64,000 nucleotides of DNA from the IMG/VR virus record IMGVR_UViG_3300025120_010521, one strand, 5' to 3'. Both the position numbers and the translations under genes were made by a program. Below, one piece after another: positions 58,015 to 64,000 of the stretch. Each line of letters begins with the position of its first letter. The stretch's first letter is position 1. The notes under the pieces were generated by a model that did no database searches, was not told where the DNA came from, and was given only the letters and a program-made list of their open reading frames with translations. This DNA is from a virus. Taxonomy: Duplodnaviria > Caudoviricetes.

Positions 58015-58383
58015 TTAGCCATTCTTTGGCTTGTTATTGAATACCATTGTAAGATACATTTCAGTTTCACCTGTGTTTGTTATATAATGTTCTTCTTTTC
58101 CATCATATAAAATAACAGATCCTTGTTGGATTTTGAAAGTATTTTTACCAATTGTTATAGTTCCAGTCCCTGAATGAATATAATAAATTTCATCATTGTT
58201 TGGGTGCGAATGACTGAAGGACTTTTTACCAGGTTGAATTGTTATGCCTCCAAGTGATAGTGTTTCTAATTGGTTTGTTTCAACTACAGAATAACTTTTA
58301 TTTTCATCTGTAGTTTCACCATTAATTTTATAATCTTTAAAAATGTTAATTTCAAACTTTTCTTTTAATACATCATCTATCAT
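58015..58383 (-). CDS. Cupin-domain protein
   Basis: HSHPNNDEIYYIHSGTG...EEHYITN. Confidence 0.85.
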   Translation of the reverse strand: MIDDVLKEKFEINIFKDYKINGETTDENKSYSVVETNQLETLSLGGITIQPGKKSFSHSHPNNDEIYYIHSGTGTITIGKNTFKIQQGSVILYDGKEEHYITNTGETEMYLTMVFNNKPKNG

Positions 58384-59039
58384 ATTGTTTCTTTCATTTG
58401 AAAACTATCAGTAAATTTTAAAAACCAATTCATAAATTCATTTTGATTTATTACCCATTTTAACTTCTCTTCGTTTGAAAAGTCATTTTGTCTCACAGAC
58501 AATTTGCCATTAATTTTGTAATTTGGAATATCTTCAAACCATATTAGTTTTTCAATTTTTAATACTTTTTGTTTTTCTTCTAAATCTTTTAGCCTGTAAA
58601 CCATATCATCAAACCATTCTTTTTTATAATAAAAATCTTCGCTTAACCCATTTTTTGATTTTGATTCTGGATCAAAGTTTACCCACTCATTAGTAGTCCA
58701 ACCAACTCCATAACTTATAAATTGTCCTAGTAAATCTTTTCTTTTTACAAGAATCACAGGCGCTTCTGATATGTAATCAAATATATGTTTGCTCATATCT
58801 GGACCTGGATGCATTTTCCAAATAGTTTTATCTTTGAGGGTTGCTATTCTTAATTTTGTTTCTTTGTCAATTCCTTCAACATCACCAAGTTTTGGCCATC
58901 CAGGATGGTCTGGTTCAAAATGTTCAAACCCTTTATCTTCTGATAATGCTGTATACTCTAGATATTCGTTTGAATACCATCTAGTAATAAAACTAGATCC
59001 ACTCCTCGGTGTACCTAAAATAATTTTGTGGTTTTTCAT
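58380..59039 (-). CDS. Sulfotransferase-like P-loop protein
   Basis: IILGTPRSGSSF; WKMH; VKRKDLLGQFISY. Confidence 0.6.
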   Translation of the reverse strand: MKNHKIILGTPRSGSSFITRWYSNEYLEYTALSEDKGFEHFEPDHPGWPKLGDVEGIDKETKLRIATLKDKTIWKMHPGPDMSKHIFDYISEAPVILVKRKDLLGQFISYGVGWTTNEWVNFDPESKSKNGLSEDFYYKKEWFDDMVYRLKDLEEKQKVLKIEKLIWFEDIPNYKINGKLSVRQNDFSNEEKLKWVINQNEFMNWFLKFTDSFQMKETI

Positions 59040-59488
59040 TACACTTTATAGATAGCTGAATTGGCACCATGTTCCATGCATTCGCAACTAATTACGTAGC
59101 ATCTGTTATTTGTTGCTTCTCTAATAAGTCCATCTGCATATTCAAAGGCATGTTGAGCAAACTTTTCTGCTCCTACACCATCAAACAATCTAACTTCTGC
59201 AAGATCTTTATCTTGTAGTTCCATAAATGTTGACAAGTGTGGATCATTCTTATCTAAACAAAGTTTGTGATCAAAATGATCTTCAAGCCACTTTTTTAAG
59301 GGCTTTAATCCGCCAAAGTCAACTGCCCAATTTTTATTATCAAGCTCTGTACATCCAAAAGTAAATTTAAATGCTAAACTATAACCATGTAGTAGGTGAC
59401 AGTGGGAATGATCTGCGTTTGGTTGTCTGAATACTGCACTCAACCCAATGTTGTGTCCGTAATGTTTTGTACTATAGTAATTTGCCAT
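59039..59488 (-). CDS. queD: 6-carboxytetrahydropterin synthase QueD/PTPS
   Basis: HCHLLHGY, VDFGGLK, FDHK, GAEKFA, EHGANSA. Confidence 0.88.
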   Translation of the reverse strand: MANYYSTKHYGHNIGLSAVFRQPNADHSHCHLLHGYSLAFKFTFGCTELDNKNWAVDFGGLKPLKKWLEDHFDHKLCLDKNDPHLSTFMELQDKDLAEVRLFDGVGAEKFAQHAFEYADGLIREATNNRCYVISCECMEHGANSAIYKV

Positions 59489-59548
59489 ATGTATCTCCTG
59501 TTTCTAACGGCAGAGTGTTTTGTGAGGGTTGACGTTGAGTCCTCAAAT
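59489..59548 (-). ncRNA. Candidate riboswitch-like leader of queD
   Basis: UGAGG-13nt loop-CCUCA, then CAAAAC tail; loop AACG can pair with CGUU; anti-SD CUCUG. Confidence 0.35.
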
Positions 59549-59574
59549 GCAAAGTGCGTTGTAGCATACTGTTA

Positions 59575-59603
59575 ATAATACACTAAACAACGCACTTTGT
59601 CAA
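59575..59603 (-). promoter_or_regulatory. Sigma70 promoter of queD inside a 13-bp inverted repeat
   Basis: TTGACA-17-TATTAT with TG; CAAAGTGCGTTGT/ACAACGCACTTTG arms. Confidence 0.7.
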
Positions 59604-59608
59604 GAAGA

Positions 59609-59827
59609 TTACTTATGTGGGTCAAAATCTTTAGTTATTTTAGATTCTTTACCCTTAAAGTAGTGTTTTGATGGTTCGTAGGATAACCATCTCTTAAAGT
59701 GTTTCACGTTGTCCGACTGGTCGGCTGGCTCTCTTAATGATCTTCGCTGTTTACTGAATACAGCACCGAACATAAGGATCCCGTCGCCCATGGACCTAAA
59801 TATTTTTTCCATAGACTTATTCTCCAA
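59609..59827 (-). CDS. Small hypothetical protein (start probably MEKIF)
   Basis: SD GGAG; YEPSKHYFKG. Confidence 0.55.
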   Translation of the reverse strand: MENKSMEKIFRSMGDGILMFGAVFSKQRRSLREPADQSDNVKHFKRWLSYEPSKHYFKGKESKITKDFDPHK

Positions 59828-59910
59828 TTGTTAATTGGGATCGGCTTACCGTCTTTTGATGTAATCTGAGGCGTTGGGCTTACTACCAAATGTACTTATA
59901 TTTTTTTCTC

Positions 59911-59931
59911 AAAAGAAGCCTATAATAGGCC
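59911..59931 (-). terminator. Probable terminator
   Basis: GCCTA-TTA-TAGGC followed by TTCTTTT. Confidence 0.45.
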
Positions 59932-59937
59932 GTTTTT

Positions 59938-60108
59938 TTAAAGATAAAATCTGTTGTACAATGAACGAAAACTTCTTCCGTTAAATTGACGTCTGTCTAG
60001 TTCACGTTGACGTCTTTCTAGGTCAGCAAGATCTTTTGATTTTGACAGATATACTTCTTCATCTGTCATTGATAATCTGTGTAACCAATTCTTTATTGCT
60101 TTAATCAT
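59938..60108 (-). CDS. 56-aa DUF3563-like protein
   Basis: EEVYLSKSKDLADLERRQRELDR. Confidence 0.65.
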   Translation of the reverse strand: MIKAIKNWLHRLSMTDEEVYLSKSKDLADLERRQRELDRRQFNGRSFRSLYNRFYL

Positions 60109-60260
60109 TTAACCTTTTTTCCTTCTTTCAACATTTGGTAAGCATACAATGGGTCGTTTCTAAATTCTGTTATTGCATACTGCCACAATGGGTCTGATGT
60201 CTTCTTACTATTTGCAGGAGCACTTATTAAGCTACTCCAAAGTCCTCTTAAATATTTCAT
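60105..60260 (-). CDS. 51-aa hypothetical protein
   Basis: MKYLRGLWSSL...LWQYAITEFRNDPLYAYQML; coupled at both ends. Confidence 0.65.
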   Translation of the reverse strand: MKYLRGLWSSLISAPANSKKTSDPLWQYAITEFRNDPLYAYQMLKEGKKVK

Positions 60261-60316
60261 TACTTGTTCTTTCTCTTACTGATCCAATCGATCTCTTCTT
60301 CCGTATAAGGCCACAT
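60260..60316 (-). CDS. 18-aa micro-ORF MWPYTEEEIDWISKRKNK
   Basis: SD GAGGAG; TAATG overlap with the next gene. Confidence 0.55.
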   Translation of the reverse strand: MWPYTEEEIDWISKRKNK

Positions 60317-60489
60317 TGCCTGATCTCCTCTGTCATTAATGATAGATTATGTGATTTGTGTGGTATTGCTACCAAACTTATTTATAGCTAATATAACACA
60401 AAAAATAAGATTTACAACTGTTTTTAACGCAAAGCAGGTATGCAATTTTGATATAGCTAGTTACTTAATGCTATGCAATTTTATTATAT

Positions 60490-60912
60490 CTACTCTTTTA
60501 TAGATATACTCATAGAACGACATGATCCTTCTACCTGAGCCATTGCTTGTTCTATAGTAAAAGCATTCATATCTTCCATTTTTTCTTCGGCTATTTTTTT
60601 AATTTGTGCTTTAGTAATATACTTAATTGTATTACGCCCTGGTGTTTTACCACCTTTTTTAAGACCAACTGCTTTTAATATAAAATATGTAACAGGTGGT
60701 TTATTGAGAGTAAATTTAAAACTCTTGTCTTTATAAACTGTAATTAGACAAGGTATTGGACCTTCTAAGGCTTTTGTTTTATCATTAAAGCTCTTACAAA
60801 ATTCCATTATATTAACACCACGTTGACCTAGTGCAGGTCCAACTGGTGGGGCTGGTTTAGCCTGTCCAGCCTCTATTATTAATTTCAGAGTACCAGTTAC
60901 TTCTTTTGCCAT
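60490..60912 (-). CDS. rplK: 50S ribosomal protein uL11
   Basis: [29 protein letters not shown]; ITVYKDKSF; KPP; GSCRSM. Confidence 0.95.
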   Translation of the reverse strand: MAKEVTGTLKLIIEAGQAKPAPPVGPALGQRGVNIMEFCKSFNDKTKALEGPIPCLITVYKDKSFKFTLNKPPVTYFILKAVGLKKGGKTPGRNTIKYITKAQIKKIAEEKMEDMNAFTIEQAMAQVEGSCRSMSISIKE

Positions 60913-60931
60913 AAACCTCCAAGGTTATGTA

Positions 60932-61183
60932 TTATGCTGATTCAGTATTTGATTCAGCAGGTGTTTCGTCAGCAGTTGCTTCAGTTAATTTTAACTGAGT
61001 TGCAACAGGCTTACCGTTATGTTCAGCAACAATATACTCCATTGCTTGGCCTTGATCTACTTTTGTTATTCCTGCATCTTTAAATGCTGAAACGTGAACA
61101 AATACATCATTGCCACCTTCATCCGGTACTATGAATCCAAAACCTTTTGAAGCATTGTACCATTTTAATTTACCTGTACTCAT
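60932..61183 (-). CDS. cspA: Cold-shock protein
   Basis: KWYNASKGFGFI; DVFVHVSA. Confidence 0.95.
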   Translation of the reverse strand: MSTGKLKWYNASKGFGFIVPDEGGNDVFVHVSAFKDAGITKVDQGQAMEYIVAEHNGKPVATQLKLTEATADETPAESNTESA

Positions 61184-61413
61184 CTGTACTCCTTATTATA
61201 GTATACTCTGTAAGCACCATTTGTAGGCAGTAACTCACAGTGTTTTAAGCTATCATTGGCGTCAACCCATAGCTCAAATTCTTCTTTAATCTTACCTTGT
61301 CCTGTAATAACAGTAACATACTTAAGACCTTGATGCTTGTTTTCATGAACAAACTTTGTAAATTCTCTCCAAGCATCTTGTACATAATAACCATGTAAAT
61401 CTAAACTATACAT
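61180..61413 (-). CDS. Smr domain protein
   Basis: LDLHG; VITGQG; NGAY. Confidence 0.85.
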   Translation of the reverse strand: MYSLDLHGYYVQDAWREFTKFVHENKHQGLKYVTVITGQGKIKEEFELWVDANDSLKHCELLPTNGAYRVYYNKEYR

Positions 61414-61442
61414 TATTATATACTAACATTATTTATAGTATC

Positions 61443-61853
61443 CTATATTTTATCAGCTTCTAATAACCTTTTACGGTTCTCTAAATGCTGATCTTCTATA
61501 GCATCTTTACTTTGTCCATTATATAATACTGCATACGATTCGTCAACCATTATTTTATTAATAGTTGTATCTTTCCAAACTAGCTCTCCTAATATTCGTC
61601 CAAACTTGCCTGTTTTGTCTTTATGTGTTCTAAGTGTTGCTGTACTACCCACTGGATAATGGTCTTTTACAAATTGTTTAGATAATAATCCAAACTTTTT
61701 TTCTTCTAAATCTCTTGTTCTTGACTCGGGGGTATCTATACCTAAAAGACGTACTCGTTCTTTGTGCATCCAAATTCCAAATCCTAAGTCAATATCAACG
61801 TCAACTGTATCTCCATCAACTACTCTTAATATTGTACATTTATATTCGTGCAT
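61443..61853 (-). CDS. Thermonuclease (SNase) family
   Basis: VVDGDTV; VRLLGIDTPE; GKFGRILG. Confidence 0.9.
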   Translation of the reverse strand: MHEYKCTILRVVDGDTVDVDIDLGFGIWMHKERVRLLGIDTPESRTRDLEEKKFGLLSKQFVKDHYPVGSTATLRTHKDKTGKFGRILGELVWKDTTINKIMVDESYAVLYNGQSKDAIEDQHLENRKRLLEADKI

Positions 61854-62565
61854 AATTCTTTATCCCTCCTATTGTATTTTTTATACTGTTATCATAAAAG
61901 GATTTTGTTTTTTTATCAATTTCAGTATCTGCATTTATTGTAATATGATACCTAACTTCATCACTAAGATTCTGTATCATATGATAATTTTCAGTATTTA
62001 GTTTAATTGCAGATCCCTCTTTAAAAGGAACTACACCAATATAGTCATAATCTTTAAGTTTTGTTTTATCCATTGGATTAGGATAAAACATTACAACTTT
62101 ACATTTTGTTGGATTGTTAAGTGCTAGATTAATTTGCCCAGATACTTCGTTGTGTTGTAATTCACTATAACCGTTTGGCTCTAAAGCCATTATTTTAATA
62201 TCGTGCAACTTTACTAAATTAACTGTATTTGGAAAAACATCTTTTAGCCAAGATGTCATTGCTGGACAATTTTTAATAATATTTTCGTTCCATGTCTTAT
62301 CACTGTATACAGAAATATATTTCCAGCCTTTACCATATTCAGTTTCAAAATTAGAAAATAATTTTTCTTGTTCTATAATTTTAGATAGCCAGGTTTGCCA
62401 ACTATAACTTACATCCATCTCTATCCAAGGGAAGTGATATTTCTTAACTGCTGTAGTATAATCGTATTCTGGTTCAGAATCTAATAATGGTTTAATTTTA
62501 AAATGGTCTCTATTAACCATTGGCAATTTCCAGGCATCGGTGCCTAAATAATCAGGAATAAACAT
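61840..62565 (-). CDS. Asp/Asn beta-hydroxylase-like 2OG oxygenase
   Basis: IMALEPNGY..QHNE; NLALNNP; HMIQN...RYHI. Confidence 0.55.
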   Translation of the reverse strand: MFIPDYLGTDAWKLPMVNRDHFKIKPLLDSEPEYDYTTAVKKYHFPWIEMDVSYSWQTWLSKIIEQEKLFSNFETEYGKGWKYISVYSDKTWNENIIKNCPAMTSWLKDVFPNTVNLVKLHDIKIMALEPNGYSELQHNEVSGQINLALNNPTKCKVVMFYPNPMDKTKLKDYDYIGVVPFKEGSAIKLNTENYHMIQNLSDEVRYHITINADTEIDKKTKSFYDNSIKNTIGGIKNYARI

Positions 62566-62573
62566 TTTTTATT

Positions 62574-62756
62574 TTATATGTTTTGGAATTGGCTTTTTGT
62601 TTCTATTGTTGTAATTTTATCTTTTAACCAAAGTTTGTGTTTTTTCATTACTATCAATTTATTTTCATCTGATTGATTGTTATCTAACATTCGTTCTATA
62701 GCTGTGTGTAGTTTGTTATGTTCAGATCTTAATCGGTCTAGTTCTGAATTAGACAT
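62574..62756 (-). CDS. YdcH/DUF465-like protein
   Basis: LRSEH..L...I.....MKKHKLWLKDKI. Confidence 0.65.
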   Translation of the reverse strand: MSNSELDRLRSEHNKLHTAIERMLDNNQSDENKLIVMKKHKLWLKDKITTIETKSQFQNI

Positions 62757-62759
62757 ATA

Positions 62760-62945
62760 TTACTCTTCACTCTCTTCACTGTTAAACGATACTACAACTT
62801 TTGCGCCTTTGTCGTCTAATTCGTAAACAAGGTTTCCAGTTGCTTCTCCGTTACCTAATTCTCCAGTATCATAAAGATATTGTGCAAATGCATCTACTAC
62901 TTGTTGGTTTGTTAGCTTAAATATTTTTTTGTTTTTTTCTGACAT
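62760..62945 (-). CDS. Hypothetical protein
   Basis: ORF track. Confidence 0.5.
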   Translation of the reverse strand: MSEKNKKIFKLTNQQVVDAFAQYLYDTGELGNGEATGNLVYELDDKGAKVVVSFNSEESEE

Positions 62946-62974
62946 AATATATCCCGTTCTTTTTTATTTATCAC

Positions 62975-63466
62975 TTATAGATAATTTCTTATCTGTATAA
63001 GTCTTGATAACATTTTCGTGTCTTCTGTATTGTATAATTTCTGCAGTTTTTCTGCATATCGACACTTATCCATAAATTCCTTATACTCACTATTACTATC
63101 TTCTGTTGTATGCAACCATTCTTCTTTAAACTGACTGTAGGTTGTATCAATGTTCTTCCATGCTTCAGTTCGTTGTGTTCTTAAATCAACCCACCAATTA
63201 TATAGTATTTTAATTTCAGTTAGTGCTAACTGGTATGTTTGATCATTTGTTTTTTGTGAATACAACCAATCTAAACCTTGTATACCTTTTTCCTTATTTT
63301 TATAAGTGTTATCAGACGTTCCGGTATATATTTGTGCAATTTGATATTCAACAAAATTTTGTAAATGAGTAAAACTGTCATAGAGTATTTGATCACCTGT
63401 TGACATTGTTTCTGCAATGTCTGGTGCTGTACTAAACCATTGGCGAATAATGTTTACTAATGACAT
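62975..63466 (-). CDS. Hypothetical protein
   Basis: ORF track. Confidence 0.55.
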   Translation of the reverse strand: MSLVNIIRQWFSTAPDIAETMSTGDQILYDSFTHLQNFVEYQIAQIYTGTSDNTYKNKEKGIQGLDWLYSQKTNDQTYQLALTEIKILYNWWVDLRTQRTEAWKNIDTTYSQFKEEWLHTTEDSNSEYKEFMDKCRYAEKLQKLYNTEDTKMLSRLIQIRNYL

Positions 63467-63496
63467 AACTTATTGTAGCATAAAAGTAAGGTTAGA

Positions 63497-64000
63497 TCAA
63501 TCGTCTTTTTTAACTAAAGTAAATTGCTCTGCTATGTTACCTTGGAATTGGTATGATCCATAATGGTCTAAATTAACAGAAGGATCCATCCAAATTTCTC
63601 CACCTATTTTTTGCCAACGTCTACAAAACGTAAAATCTTCTGATAGATATCTATTTGTATCTGGATCAATCATAGTATCAAACATTGCATAAAAATATGG
63701 ATTTAATATAGGATCTGTATTAAGATCATTTGTGTATCTAGTTTCGGAATATTCTTTAACCATTTTATCTATAACTTCACGTTTAATCATCATAAATCCT
63801 GTTCCAGCATCTAGTACAGGTATTAATCCTTCCACTAGTGGAATTTCTTGTGTTTCCATATGATTACGTTTGATGTTTAATACATACGACGCTTGAAATT
63901 TTGCAAGTTCTAACGGGTCAGTTGGTTTTTGATCTATTGCAACCCCATGCACTGCTTGCCAGTTAATTGATTTTTTAGGATATGCTCCTGTAACAATATC
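63497..64000 (-). CDS. GT-A glycosyltransferase-like protein (partial; frame continues past window end)
   Basis: AGTGFMMIKR; YLSEDFTFCRRW...GGEIWMD. Confidence 0.7.
   Translation of the reverse strand, partial: DIVTGAYPKKSINWQAVHGVAIDQKPTDPLELAKFQASYVLNIKRNHMETQEIPLVEGLIPVLDAGTGFMMIKREVIDKMVKEYSETRYTNDLNTDPILNPYFYAMFDTMIDPDTNRYLSEDFTFCRRWQKIGGEIWMDPSVNLDHYGSYQFQGNIAEQFTLVKKDD

Noticed and set aside
39-62001. All plus-strand ORFs in the track, e.g. 39..620, 9070..9477, 15136..15699, 40213..40707
   Set aside because: They are antisense shadows of well-supported minus-strand genes, with S/F/L-rich composition and no motifs.
1-64000. Bacterial chromosome interpretation
   Set aside because: Housekeeping genes are isolated from their normal operons (rplK without rplA, infC without rpmI/rplT), interleaved with phage-type genes and all on one strand; there is no rRNA.
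1-64000. Stop-codon reassignment
   Set aside because: The standard code gives full-length conserved proteins and dense tiling, with TAA, TAG and TGA all used as true stops; no suppressor tRNA was seen.

Overview
AT-rich, gene-dense segment in which essentially all real genes lie on the minus strand; the plus-strand ORFs in the track are antisense shadows. It reads as part of a large (jumbo, T4-like) marine phage genome with a probable alphaproteobacterial, SAR11-like host (inference from the style of the SufB, uL11, SbmA and porin sequences). There is no rRNA and no intact host operon context. Contents: six CCA-encoding tRNAs (Ala, Thr, Asn, Glu, Asp, Val); many host-like genes (sufS/sufB/sufD/nfuA/sufT, prs, guaC, nadE, rpiB, queD, uvsE, SOD, ClpX/ClpP/ClpS, Hsp20, CspA, IF3, ribosomal proteins bL33, bS21 and uL11, porin, SbmA, MotA/ExbB-like module); an ATP-dependent DNA ligase; a tail-fibre-like gene; and a radical-SAM/amidinotransferase/glycosyltransferase island. 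Most interesting candidates: (1) an 8.9-19.4 kb cluster whose proteins share T4 capsid-targeting-like N-termini and Glu-delimited modules, suggesting virion-packaged, protease-processed polyproteins that include an SOD, a nucleotidase and a nuclease; (2) two poly-A sites where a -1 frameshift extends an envelope protein exactly up to the next gene; (3) three ORFs whose TAG stop is U8-A9-G10 of the downstream tRNA; (4) a divergent RNA polymerase omega-like protein plus uL11, possibly tuning the stringent response; (5) a riboswitch-like leader on queD and a ROSE-like leader on hsp20. All calls are by eye from motifs; no database searches were run.
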